From contig JBHGNT010000014.1 in assembly GCA_043228905.1 (NCBI GenBank), forward strand, positions 19,840,001 through 19,904,000: a DNA stretch of 64,000 bases, in the 5' to 3' direction. Shown piece after piece: positions 42,708 through 56,539 of this stretch. Below the pieces are notes generated by a model. That model was given only the letters and a program-made list of their open reading frames with translations, ran no database searches and was not told the DNA's origin. The stretch comes from Azolla caroliniana (lineage: Eukaryota; Plantae; Polypodiophyta). A program made the translations under genes and the position numbers. The first letter of the stretch is position 1. Every line of letters starts with the position of its first letter.

Positions 42708-45700
42708 CCAATTACCACCAATGGTCCGACGTACAGAAAGCTTTGGAAGTTCGCACCTTGCTCGAAAATGTCGCCACCACCTAGTACGTACAACAAGCAA
42801 GTGCGGTGATCGAGAACTGGGGGATCCTCCGGTATCTCCTCATACAATACTTTGCCCATCAAAATTCCACCTAGACGGCGTTGGAACAGCTCGAGACGTT
42901 GTAGCAGCAAGCAAACAAACTAGTAGGCCAATTTGATATTCATCTAAATCAACTCCTTGTTAATACCGATCCTACTATGCTCGAGCATGTCAAGCTTTTT
43001 TTCTTATGGTCCTGTTTGCACCATGACATCACCCACCATGCATGGGACCAAGGTCTCAAGACATTCAACGAAGGCATCCTCATCACCCAACGTATCGAAG
43101 CTTGTATGCTATCCGGCTCCCAACCACGATGACCCCCTCCACCATCGACCGACCTATGAACCCAGTACCAGGGAGTGGCCCCCATGGACATTGATGTCCA
43201 AACCATGCAACTTCAGGCTCGCTGCAACCTTCCCAATTGCGATGCCCAAGGGCGGCCAAAGTGATTCTATTGCAACAATTATGGACACATTCGACGTCAT
43301 TGCAACAACCGTCTCACAAGCAACAAGCCCTGATAACCATGGCTGACGCAAGATCATTAGTTGAGCCCCCAGGAAACCGACCTCTGAGGTGTTGATGGAA
43401 GAGCCAAGCCCCCATGTCCAAGCGTTCGCCTCTTCCGCTTAGCAGGTATGCACCGCTCTTACCAACATCAATCACTCCACCCACACCATCTTGTTAGACT
43501 CTGGTAGTAGTATCTCTTCCATTAGCACCTCCTTAGGTCTCCAGTTAGACCTCCCCACATCCGTTGGTCCCTCCATCCGAGTCCTTTTTTGCGATCACTA
43601 AACATCTATAGCACTCTTGCACGCAAGCCCGTTGCACTGTCACCTTCGACGGTCTCACTTTCTCACACTACTTTCATGCTTGCCCTACGAACTCTTCCCC
43701 ATCACCTTAGGTTGCAATTGGTTCCTCATGTGTCGCACTGTAATTCACTTCGTTTCCCACGAACTTCTTGTCCCACAAGTTCCCTTGATTCCCCTCCTAC
43801 ACGATAGCCCCCATGTCCCCCACCTCAGCCAAGTTCAGGTGGCCCTCAGTACACATGAGCGATTGCTCTCCATCCGCCAATTGTTAGCTCGTTTTTCTTC
43901 ACTAGCCCTCTAACCCACGCATGCTCCTACTATCTCTTTCTTGGAACAACATGTCATTTGTATAGGGGATGCCACTCCCATCTGCATGGCTACCTGCCGA
44001 CATCCCCCCCTCGACCACGATCGCATCAATGTTGCAGTCACAGACATGCTCAACAAAGGTATTATTGTTCCTTCCACCAACAATTGGGTTTCAGAACCCC
44101 ACCTTATTAAGAAGGATGGTGGCACCTTCCGCTTCTGCATCGACTTTAGGCCTCTTAACAAAGTGACGATGCATGACATCTACCTGTTCCCTCGAGGGAA
44201 CGACCTCTTGGATTTGCTTGGTGGCTCCCATTATTTCACCTCCCTTGATTTAGCCTCGGGATACTTGTAGATCCCCCAAAAGCCTTCTGTCACCCACAAA
44301 ACCACATTCCGCACACGTCGTGGGTTGTTCCAATTCACCCACATGCCGTTCGGCCTATCCGATGTCGGCAACACATTGCAACGCATGACGAACTCCATCT
44401 TTGCCACCCTTATCAGTAAACGCGTCCTCCTCGTTTATGTCGACGACATGCTTATCTGTACTACCACTTGGGAGGACCATCTACAAACCCTTGTTGAAGT
44501 CTTCATTCACATAACTAAGCATAACTTGCAACTCCAATGGGAGAAGTGTCGATGGGGAAGCACCAACCTTCGTTTTCTCGGCCTCACTATCGTTGGTAAC
44601 AAAATCTGTTTGGACCCTGCAAAGGTAGTTGCCATCACCGATTATCCCTCCCCACCTAAATAAAAACATTGCAACGGTTTTTGGGCATGATCACCTTTTC
44701 CCTTTGATTCATCGCGAACCTCCCCTCTGTCACTTTTCCTCTCCGCCAACTCTTGAAGTGTCATTCGTTTGGGATCCTTCTTGCAAAGAGAGTTTTCGTT
44801 GCCTCAAAACAATGGTTCAGGAATCTGGGTTGCTTACCCATCCTAACTTTGACCAGTCGTTCACGTTGTAGACAGACACCTCAAACCATGGGTTAGGAAC
44901 CATCCTCCTGCAAGCCGATTGTTATAGGCAAGCGAAGGCAGTTGGTTGCCGTCATTAACTGAACTCTCACGTTGGCTGAACGCAACTACTTGCGTTCGTC
45001 TGGTCTTTCCAACATTTTCACCCATACCTTCACGACGGATAGGTTACAGTTGAGACTAACCACCAACCCTTGCTTTCTCTTATCTATCGACCTCAGCCCC
45101 CGGGCCGTTTGTTGTGATGGACACTCCAAGGTTCTCAATTTACCCTCTGCTATCGGAAAGGTGTAACCAATTCGGATAGTCTCTCTTGTGGTGACTGCTA
45201 GGTTGTCCAATTTCTCCCTAAGCCATCTGGTCTTCCGCTGCCGCTGCCACAACTCACTACACTTCAGTAACATGACCCCGCCATCCAAGAGATAACCCAT
45301 AAGTTGCGCTCCCTCCAACCATTTCCCTGACAACGGCGGTTCATGCTCCGCAATAACTTGACGTTCTTCATTCAAGTGCATCACAAGCCTTGCCTCTACA
45401 TCCCTCATGCCTTACAACAAACGTACCTCCAATTTTATCACGACCACCCATTGAGGACCCATTGTCAGGCCATCTCGATTTCCACAAATATCTCGAAAAA
45501 TTATGCCTCAAGTATTATTGGCCCAACATGCAGCAATCTATCTTTGCCTACATCAAACAATGTACTTTGGGTCAACACATCAAACCTGCAAGCAAGCTTG
45601 TTGGAACGCTCCAACCCATTAGCACCACATCACCTTTCGAGCTTGTCAGATGGGATTTCATGGGACCTTTTCTCAAAACCCCCTGGGCCAACAAGTATAT

Positions 45701-47607
45701 CCTGGTCAAAATAGAATACCTCACCAGGTGGGTTGAAACTGTTGCTATCCCTGACGTCATTGTGTACACAATCGCTTCCCAATTTTTGCACAAGGTAATT
45801 TTTAAGCATGGTTGCACTATCCAACTATTATCTGATCAGCGCCGCCAGTTCCACGGGGATATCCTCAACACCATTGCAACTCAACTAGGTGTCCAACATG
45901 TGTTTACGTCCCAATACCATCCTCAGGCAAATGGCCTCACCGAATGCCTCAACAAGACCCTCAAGCAAGAGATTATCGCTTACATCAATCCATGCCACAA
46001 AACCTAGGATCAAATCTTGCCTTTCGTCACCCACGTCAACACGGATCACCCATTTTCGAGCATTCTATGGGCGCGACCCTCGCCTCCCACTAGAATCGTC
46101 CATTCCAAACTCGCCAACATCGATAATGCCACTTGGGGGTTCTATCTCCAACAAATGCCCCCCCTCCTTCAACAAGTTAGTTCCTGAAACCTGCAAGTCG
46201 CACAGCAGCGCCAAAAATGGCACTACAACGTGGGTCACATGCTGATGTAAGCAAAGTCCTTATTTACGTCCAAGTCTAGCAGTGTGGTCTCATTGAATCC
46301 CTCATGCACCGATTGATTGGCCCATTCACTGTAGTTTGTGCCATAAGATCCACTATGTACTTGCTCCGACACGATTCCAACAACTAATTCACCTCCACCC
46401 ATGTTGCCCGCATCAAGCCCTATGCCACCCCAAACCCATCTTCTGACCGCACTCCTTTCCCCATATCATAAACCTCCTTGTTTCTCTCAAGGGGAAAATG
46501 TGGTGTGAATGTGTTCCTTTGTGTCACCCTGTTAGCATGCCCTTTTTAGCATGCATGTAGCTAAGCCAACCCACCCTTTTAAGTGCGCATGTAGCTAGGC
46601 CAACCCAAATGGGTACCTTTGTACAGACTATAAATTGAGCAAGAAGTAAGAAGCTAAGTAGGTTGGTTTTGATCTCTTTATGTGCACTTTACAATGGCAT
46701 CACTTAAAAGCTCTAAGAGATCTTCCACATCCCAACTTTTGCAATATTTTTTGATGTCAACTACCCAACCTAATGAGAGAATTTTGTATTGTGATTTTTT
46801 TGTAGTTTACCTCTAGCATTCCAACCAAGATGTGGTAATATATGATTTCACATATTCTTGACTTTTGTAATGTATATATATAATCTTTGTAACGCAAATA
46901 TCTCTATAGGTTGAACGCATGTTTCAGAGAGCATAACTTGATAGGAGGTGGTGGATTTAACTCCCAATTGTCTCCTTGAAAACATCTTTAGAATCTTCTC
47001 ATCTCACAAATGTTGAGTGAAAACTTTAGTTTGAGTATTTGTGTAAAGTTCCATTTGCATGGATTCGTTGCATCAAACATTTTTGTAGTACTTTCAACTT
47101 TCAAAGATTAGGTTATATCTATTTTTCACAACTAATCACTTGCCCATAGTAAGCAACATAGCTCTTTTCACGTGCAATTTCACCAAAAATGCTGTAATTT
47201 GAATGACTGACTGACTTGACCAAATTACCATTTTACATTAGGAATTCATGACAGCTCCTCCTGAACCTTTATTGACCTAGCTTGAGAATATGTTCCCGTG
47301 TCATTTATTCACATGATTGAGCTGAAAAAAGATCATTTTTGTCACTTGAACAATATCATCTCCATCACTTGAGAAAGAGAAGAATACAACCAAATGATAT
47401 TTTAATTTGAAGTTTTGTGCCTTTGCCAACTGAAATAATTGTGGGATAATTACAAACTAAATTTTGGCCTGAATAGTGCCGCATGATTTAAAAGAATACA
47501 TTGCATTTCGTATTGAACAGGATTTAAAAGAAAACGAAAAGCGCTTTAATGTGCAACCTCTTTATCTTTTTCCTCAGTGTTAAGGTTATATATACATGAT
47601 AGCAGAT

Positions 47608-50600
47608 TCAATACTTTCTCTGCTTACGATTATCTTTGTAACAAGTTTCTCCTATACCTTTCAAAATATCTGTGACTAATATGGTCTTCTTAAGGTGATT
47701 TTGCTGCCAAAAAGCTTCAATGACTAGTTTATCCTGCTTAACAGAGTCTGTTCGTGGTAATAACATAAAGGGCTTCTTTTTTGTAGGACATGAAAAACCA
47801 TCATTACAATTCACTTCCATCAATGAACAATTCCTTATTGGCCGAACCAAACAACTATTATTCTCACAATCTTCAAGTTTGGGATACTTACATGTTGAAT
47901 CTCTCCGTGTGGTTTGTACGTCTTGCTTTTCACACTCAGGACACACATACTGTGGTAACTTCAAAGAGCTTAGCCAGCTATGGTGTTGATTCATCTTCTT
48001 GAAGCAGTAGAAGCATGTGCTTCTATTGCACACAGTACAAATCAATGAAAGACGTGGTTTTCTACAAGCTGAGCACAGCCGGACAGTATCTCCTTCGGCT
48101 TTAAGAGCCTCAAGGTTTGCTTTAATGATGTCCTGGTCAACAAGGTGTAAACCAAGCTTCAGCTTTTCACGCTGTACAACTAAATGGGAAGTCTGTCGAA
48201 TTGTTTTTAGCTGTTGCCATGTTATAGGAACCATTTCATCACTTGTGTTATCCTGCGAATAGTCTGAATTAGAATGAACTCATCTATTTCTGAGTATGTA
48301 ACTAATCAACACTAACCATATCCTTGGAACTCTCGTCTTCAGAATGGAGAGATTCTTCAGCCATAACATCATCAACCGGATTGAAAATTCTGAAATGTTT
48401 TGTTGCATGTTCCTGCAAGAGATCATAATTGTTGCATTGTTTCAGCATGAGGCATAAATAAAGAAGGGCCCGCCCAAAGTACCCAAAACAAATAGGATAT
48501 TTACCAGAATACTCCTATACTGTCCAAAATTACTAGAATAATTTAGGAAATCTCCAAATTAAGAAATCAGGTCTAGCATCTCTAAGCTCTAGTTTTTGTT
48601 ATGGTAAACCTGTTGTATATGATGCAGAAGTGATCCACCAAACTCAGTTCGTTTAGACAACCAATGTAGGTATATCCCTTCTACAAATTGTGAACTTCTC
48701 TCATCTGCTCCATCGAAATACTCAAAATTTGAAACTTCTCTGGTCATTAGATATTGCAGAGGTTTTCCATCATTTCCAGTTGCCTCCTCCCCATTGTTTG
48801 ATTCTCCTTTCATAAATCTTTGACTTCTATCTTTTCTACGTGATCTTTTTCGCACTTTCCAATGCCTATCATCATCCCCCTGAAACATTCATTAAATGAT
48901 TTGTTTTCATTCACACAAGGATCAATGAGATGATTCAGCTTAGACCCTTACTCTCCACATTACCTTTTCCACACTGGTTGATGGAACATCTACAGGCTTG
49001 GATGCATGTTTTGGACAATAAATCAGCACAGAAGTGACTTGTTGGTTAGAATGGAGTAGCTGCAATTCATTTGGCATCAGTTTTAGTAATCTAATGATGT
49101 AAAAATCAAAATTCTAACCTATTAGTGTAGGAATGACCTTAAAAGATGCCCCTTGGATAACACCACAAGAAACATGAAAAGTTTCTTTGCATCCAGGCAC
49201 AGAACACCTTTCCGCACAACCTTCTCTCTTACCACAAAGGAAACAATCCCGCCGTTGCTTCTTTGCACGTGCATCTGCCACATTTAAGCCCTCAATTGGC
49301 TCCATTGCATCTGTATCCATAAAATATGTTTCATTTGTGTACAATGCACAAACTACATGGGCCCATTTGTGAGGCTCGGTTGCAGGCTTGAGAGCACCAC
49401 CTTGTTTGCAGCACAATGCACAGCTGCATAAGCGTAGATAATAATATACTAAGCATTATTGGATAGGATCATACAATGACATATATGTTGAAAGTGCAAA
49501 CCTATGTTTGTAATCTAATCTCATAATATAACCACTAATTTATAAAGCCTCTTGTATTTCCTAATTTTGACCTCGTGTGTAAGGGTGATATGACTGAGAT
49601 ATGAAGACATATGTTTCATATGAATGGTTCAATCAATCCACTTTCTCAGCATGAATCTTTTCTTTTAAAAAACAGATGTATGCAATAGCATGTTGATTTT
49701 ATAAAAATTACGAATTTATGTAGCATTTTTATTATCCTCGTCTACTATGCATTATTATACCAGAACTCTGGTTGGCGAGTGCCACAGTAACTTGCTTCGA
49801 AGTTGGAATGGATGTTAAATATAAATCAAATAGATTCCCCAATAGATAGTATAATTTTTATTTATGTTTAGATACATTCATTTCACATTACCTTATCTCG
49901 CCCTTTTCTGATCCCGCTGCAATAGCCTCACACTTCCTGCAACACCATTTTTGTTTTTTCTGACCAATTTCAAAATCTTGCACACCATAGCAAAACTGGT
50001 GCACATGTATGTGACAATCTGCACATTGCAAGATCTGTAAAAAGTTCCATTAGTGCAATGAGCATGATCAAGCAAAGAAGGTTTTCAGCAGAATTTTAAA
50101 CATTGCTCAAAGAAAAATACCAACCAGGTTTTCAGCAGAATTTTCTCCTCCATTACATATACAGCATTCCTCGTATTCACTCTGATACTTCTCATCCCCC
50201 TCCAGGAATTCAGAAAATACATCAATTGAGTTGTCCACCTTCTTCTCTAAAAGATCCACAATTTTTTCATACTGATCTAGAGACAGTGTGGAGGTGGGTG
50301 ACACAGTTTGATTGTATCGATTTAACCATTCTTCATCCTCCTCATCTATATCATACTCTGGCTGAAAAAGATAATAACAAGAGAATAATCAGTGTAGACA
50401 CATGCTGGAACTTTAATAGACCCCAAATCTCAACCATATTCATGAGAAATAAACAAATAAACCCATTTCTGTTAAAATGTTACACCAACGATTTATACTT
50501 TTAACACATACAATGGAATTTAGAAGTTACAAGCAGCATAAGTAATTGGTATAGACAGTAATGCTCTCATTCCATAAAGGAAATAATTAGATATTTCCAA

Positions 50601-53600
50601 ATCATCAGAATTTTCCTTGGTAAACATCATGTCAACTCTGCTGAATTGGAAATGACAGAATGCGGCACACAGACAGATACATAAAAAACCTGAACAAAAG
50701 CTATATCCATATTGTAGAAGGGACATAGCTTAGGAACATAATTGGAATGGGTGTTTGCTGTCAGGGTGAATAAATGTCAGTAGAAAAATAGCAAGAGCAG
50801 TTCTAAACCATTTAATGCATTATGCACAGAAAGATAATGGAAATATATGAAACAAATTGAAGCTTTGAACAACAAGGAAACAAATAAGACAAATCGAAGC
50901 AATACAAACAGAAACTCATTAGCTGTGGGTTGTGGGCTGTGGTAGTCTTGAGGAGAATATATTACCAAAGACTTTTGGGAAATCCACAAAGCAGCAATAA
51001 ATTCTCTATGGGCTCTTCCCTCATCAATAAGGGCTAAGAGGACCAAAATGTGATCCAAAGTTGTGAAACCTTTTAAAAAACCTGCCTCTCCAGCTGAATG
51101 GCAACCATTCCTCACTGCCCATACACTCAATCTGACTCTAGGATCAGTCTGTATAGTTTAGCCAAGTAATATTTAATCCAGATTGTCCTCTAATTTCTCA
51201 GCAACATGGGATGTGCTGAAAACGGGATCAAGGTGTCACAAGCATAGATAAAGGGCCCACCTACCAATCCATCATGATCCTTCTTACATTTTGTGGAGTA
51301 AAAAAGGCAGATTCAAATGAACATGAGATATGTTGGTTGGGGAGTGGGGAGTGGGGGCTCCTCAGGGATACCATATAGTACCTTTGCATATGCATGCCAC
51401 ACCTTCTTCTTCTCCTAAACCGAACCGATGCCGATCCCTATCTGGAGCTATGCATCTACATATCTTGATCTCAATCTCTAGATGAGGAAAGAAGTATGTA
51501 ATTGATCAATGGCATGTCTAGATACATACATAGGGAGAGGATGCTTAGCTCGAGCCTAAACAATAAATTGCTTTTTCAAAATTGGGCATAAACTGACTTC
51601 GAAGTCAGAAGATGGAGATTAGTTGTTTTCCCTCTCTAAAAAGATTTCAATATCAAAAAGTTATTGACCACACGATCGAAGGGTTCTATCTGAGGAGGAG
51701 AATGCATCTCCCCAGGTAGAGGCACAGGTAGGGCCAGATAAACCATTGCTTTCTACGCTGAGGGGAAAACCTGATCCACCCAGGAAAACCTGAAATTTTA
51801 ATTAAAGTTCATGGTAGCAGAACTAAAGATGAAAAGATGTACGGTTACATCATTAAAGGTCTACAATACACAGGATCAGAACGGAGATCTATAAAGTGTC
51901 TACTATAGCAAAGCTTAAGTAGGAAGGGTGAACATTCATTAAAACTAAATTTGTTGGGATTTCCCAAAGTCGAAACTAACACCAAAAGGTTTTCCATGTC
52001 TACTAATTTGTGTTTCATTTCACTTCTCGTTCTCATTCATCTTGTCTTCTCCTTTTCATAGAGCATTCATCAATTGTGAGTTAATGAGATGGTTTTCAAG
52101 TGAACCACATGAATGTTGTGAAGCTAAATGTGAAGTCAATTTTTGCAGGTAAGAAAAGGCTGTTGCAAATAAAGCTCATAACTTCTTCATCCAATATCCA
52201 AATTTTGAAAGAAATGAGTCATAAAGAAGCTGACAACAAGAGCTTTCCAAAAATATCTTGTATGAAAATTTTGGGGTTACAAAGGAGAAATAGTGATATA
52301 AGAAAATGCCTCACATAGACTCAGGTATTTTCTTTTTTAAAAAGCAAGAATGACGCAACCAAAAACCTATAAATAAAGAGGGTATTCTTAGCCATAAGGG
52401 GGAGGGAGGAAGAATAGAAGGTCCACAAGAAGTGAGAAGAGTCTTGGTAGAAGGAGGGAAGAAGGGATGTCTATTTTTCGTTTAGAGTCATAGAAAGAAA
52501 AAAAGGTCCATGTAGTTGAGGTTTTAGTTAGAGTCTAAGACGCTTGTATTGTTCTCCTAATGGTATAATATAACATTCCTTTCTCTTCCTCTTCTCTTCT
52601 CTATCTTTTCTCTATCTCTCCTCATCAAATGTCTACTAACTTCTTGTATCTTTTCTCCAGTGCATTCATCATCTCTTCTCATTTCCATAAAGCAGCCCTC
52701 AATTGTGAGCAAAAATGCATTCATGTAAACCACATGAGTTACTGACAAGTGAAGAGAACTACATCACTTGAGCTATTAAAAGACTTTTAACTACCCTATA
52801 TTTTCACAATAATGGTTCATAATCGTTGTTTGTTCCCTTGTCCCCTCTTGGTTTTTCTTCCCTCTTTTCTCAAATTGTGAGAAAATGGCTTAGTTCTTGT
52901 AAGTGCCAAATGCCATTAGTTTTCCGAGTAATTATATTATCATACAAGAGATATAAAATGAAAAAATATATATATAATATAAGTTGATCTGATGCACATA
53001 CTTGACCAGATTGAACCTCCGGAATAGCTTTTATATATGATTTTGGAAGAGTATACACTGTCATTGCCTTAGGTAGAACTCCATCAGATTTCATTGCAGA
53101 TCGAAATGAAGGAATAGATATAGTTTTCAAACTATCTCCCGATTCAGTTGTTGAAAGTTTTGAAAGCTTTCTATCCATCTTTATCTTGTTTGTTGCTAAA
53201 AGTTTGACCTCAGCGTGCTGTAGCGTTTCGCAAAATGAGCCTCCATCCAAATCATAATAGTCCTGCAATTGCACAAAAGACGTGAGAATGGTATTTCATC
53301 ATAGAATAAAGCAAACAAAACAAGCACTTGCAGGAACAATGCATCTTAGATTTAGCTACCTGATCCTTGCCTTCAACCAAAACAAGCAGTGGTTGTTCTA
53401 GACAAAGCGGACGAGGACGCATCTGTCTTCCACCTGTTTCTGAAGGATCTGTACGAATTAGACACCATTTACTTCTAGGGTCAAACTTGATAGTCCCTGT
53501 ATCCAACTCTAATAAGCAGTCTTCTTCTGTCGATAGTACATCAGTTGAATTGCTTACATTCTTCGCAATGACATCAGCCTCCTTATTAGTTCCCAATTCA

Positions 53601-55057
53601 TTTCTATTTTTCTCCATACCTTCAATGTTAGATTCTTCATTCTCGACAGAAGGATTGACTGACAGAATGTTGCCATCAGCTCCATCTTCTCTTTTATTAT
53701 CCAGATTGTGGACTTCGAATCTCTTCCTCTTACTTGACCTGGATGCAACCACAACGCTTTGTTCTTCACTTTTTTGTGCATGCTCTTCTTTTGGTACTCT
53801 ACTACTCAGTAGAATGTGTGATCGATCCTCTTTTGGTTCTTCCCCAGAGTTCTTAACACTAGTTTTTGAATTTCTCAATTTCCTACAAGAATCTCTTTGG
53901 AATCTATCTTCTCTTTTCTTTACTGTGTGCTCTTTAGTACAATCAAGCTCTCTATTATTCACTATTTCCTCAAGTAAATTTAAGTTACCGGGGGGGTCAT
54001 AGTTCGCATTGTGAACATCATTATCTCCTAAACAAAATTTCTCTTGTGATAAACACGTTTCCTTTGCTTCCTTTTTATTTCTTGTGATATGCACATCATC
54101 ACGTGCACATGAATTCTGTCTCTTATTTCTTAAGACTAAAGATATTTCATTCTTACAATGAAATTTGCCAACATTTTTCCTTCCAGAAGCAGGATAAAGG
54201 TCTTTCATTTGGTTACTATTTAACATACAAACATGATTTTCAGAAGGAAGTATACTTTTCGAGTTTATCAATGCAGTACCATCATTAATGGCAATTCGTA
54301 CATCTTCTGAATTGACATCTTCTTTACCTCTAGCACTTACATCTCTGGTTGACAATGATGAGGAAAGTAATGGATGTAATCTTCTATGAATTAGTTCCTT
54401 CTGTATAGATTTGCCATGCTTTTTCTTCTCATGATGATGAGCAATCTCTTCTTGTGAAGTATCCATACATCCTCTCTGCAAAATATATTCCTCTTGTTTC
54501 TTAACCTGAAGCCTGGTAGGCCTACAGTTTCTTGCATATACTCCAATTGTTTCCCTTCTCTGTGGTAAAATTTTACTGCCTGATTTCTCCACAGCCTTGA
54601 CCCTAATCTTTATGTGTTTATCAGCATCCTTATTCTTCACAAAATCTCTCCTTTTTTCTCTATTTTCATGCCTTGCAATAGAGTTTGGTGCATCCATCGC
54701 TTTCAATAGCATCAATTTCTGAGTTTCTTCTCCATCCATGGCTCTGGTCATTCTCCTGCCTACAACAAAAGTCTCATCTTCTTTCATCCTTTTGGATTCC
54801 ATGATGGAAGGAGGAGATTCATCACGATGGATTTTATTTTCAGTCTCTTTTGGTCGTAGCACCTCAGAATCTAGAGGAAAGCCGGAAAAACGCAATTTCT
54901 TCTGCTTCCTTCCTTCGTTGATGTCGTTTTTATTGTTGAGATTTCTGTTGTTATTGGCGATGATACAATTCTGTGATCGGCGAGAAGGAGTTGTTGAAAG
55001 TGTTCCTCTATGGAGCTTCTGCCGCTTCAGCACGATACGTTTGCTGCGCAGGTGCAT
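47608..55057 (-). CDS. EPL1/EPC-PZP (PHD-Zn knuckle-ePHD)-EPC-II chromatin protein, Nto1/JADE/BRPF-like HAT-complex scaffold with a C-terminal Cys8 zinc finger; ~9 exons
   Basis: Spliced motifs MRPRPLCLEQPLLV, ISIP...YTLPKSYIK and PEYDIDEEDEEWL...YEKIVDLLEK (EPL1). PHD CCIC...LQCADCHIHVHQFCYGV...WCCRKC; CALCCKQGGALK...WAHVVCA...EPI...CFLC...FHVSCG...YCPKH. IYLHWLSKR...GGSLL and VVQREKLK (EPC-II). C-terminal CSAC..CTVC..CFYC..CPEC. Confidence 0.85.
50960..51800 (-). mobile_element. Degenerate LINE RT fragment within intron 2 of the PHD gene
   Basis: AGEAGFLKGFTTLDHILVLLALIDE resembles the non-LTR RT motif QAGFR...ST.DHI..L. Heavily frameshifted. Confidence 0.65.
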
Positions 55058-56539
55058 AATTAGAAGACGGAGAAATCACTCGGGGCTATGGAGATCCGAG
55101 CTTTTGTTTGTTTGTTTGTTTCTGCAGAGAACAGAAGAACAGAAGAAAAATGGAGGGAATACGAGAGAGGAAGACCCTGAAGCATCGCATCGCGAAGATC
55201 GTGTTTTAGTTAATTACGACGATACCCCTCAGCAATTCCTGCGCTTCAATTTGGCTAAGCTTTTATTTAAATTACTCATATGCCCCCCGGCCCCAAACGC
55301 ACTCTACTCTCTAAGTTTGAGCCAATTGAGTGAAGGCAATCGGTCAGGCATAGTTGAGCTAGTTGAGTGAGTTGTACAATGCACAATCGACTCAACTAGT
55401 TAAGGCGCAGTCAAGTCATGTCACCAAAGCACAACAAAGTCGGTCTGCCCCAGGCATGGTCAAGTTAGTCGGCCAGGGCATAGGGTTTAACAAAACCCTA
55501 AACCCTAAACACGCTAACAAGAGGAGTGTGTCACAAAATATCGAGCAATCATTGCAACTAAAGCTTTAGATGATCCACAACTTCAAAGATGAAATTGGTC
55601 AATTGATGCTAGAAACCCAGCTACAACAAGCATCAGGGATCACCACATCGAAACCCTAGAGTCAAATTTACCATCTACGCTACAAATGTATCACCCATAG
55701 TTGATCTCTTGATCACACCAAGGACACCTCTACCAATTCTTGAACTATTAATGGAACAAATATTCTGTGGTTTTAACATACCTATGAGTCATAATATTTT
55801 CAATCGAAATTATTTATTGTAGGGGAAATGTATACAAGAAACATGCTCACATTGTGATTCGTATGGAGCTAAATTTCATTAGGTGACGATGGTTAATTCT
55901 CAATGGGTTGTAATGGAGAAGGGATTGTTTAGGGTTTCCAATGTGTATAGAAGGAAAAGAGCTCTCACGTAACAAGGGGCTTTTGGGTGCCCCAATTTTA
56001 TGGCTACCTTTTGGTTTTCATTCTCTCCTCATTGCATCAATTAAGATACATTTGCCACCATTTAACATTGGGAAACTTGACTTGTGGACTAGCTAAGCAC
56101 AATTCACTCAATCTAGCTACCTGGAAAGGACATTTCTGTCACAAAGCGAAGCGTTCCTACGAGCAGTTCTTCTCCTTACATTGTAATTACAACTACCCCC
56201 AACCTTCATCGAAAACCCTTCATTTTCATGTTGCGTGAGAAAAGAAATTTATGGCTCAACCTCCCATGACGAGTATGATTACTACGCACAAAATGTTTGT
56301 CCCCAAATTGGCAACCTTTAACTAACAATTAACCCTCTTTATTCTCTATTTGAGTTGCTCTATGGAAGAATGGCACACATTCTCTTTCTCAAACCATTAC
56401 CTTATTTTTGGATGAATGACCCTTCTACACACAACAATCTCACTAGCCCTCGACTACTTCGACTTCATTGAGTTCCCCTACCCAACAAACGTCATTGTTA
56501 ATCAAGGATGTCTACATCTAGCTTTTGACTTTTTGAACG

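Larger units (their letters stand above)
35207..46693 (+). mobile_element. Old Ty3/gypsy LTR retrotransposon (outer element of the nest); LTRs 35207-35414 and 46499-46693
   Basis: Similar ~200-bp TG...CA LTRs. PBS TGGTGGAGA (tRNA-Ala-like) at 35418; PPT AAGGGGAAAA before 46499. Gag PKSFSGLDFEDVLAWLDHFEMIS resumes as YHQWSDVQKALEVR at 42713. Protease LLDSGSS (~43495), RT FRFCIDFRPLN / SLDLASGY / YVDDML, integrase WDFMGPF and YHPQANG. Flanks ATAG/ATGG may be a 4-bp TSD with 1 mismatch. Many stops and frameshifts. Confidence 0.88.

Noticed and set aside
53367-55370. Ser/Leu/Phe-rich plus-strand ORFs
   Set aside because: Antisense to the Lys/Glu/Arg-rich first exon of the PHD gene.
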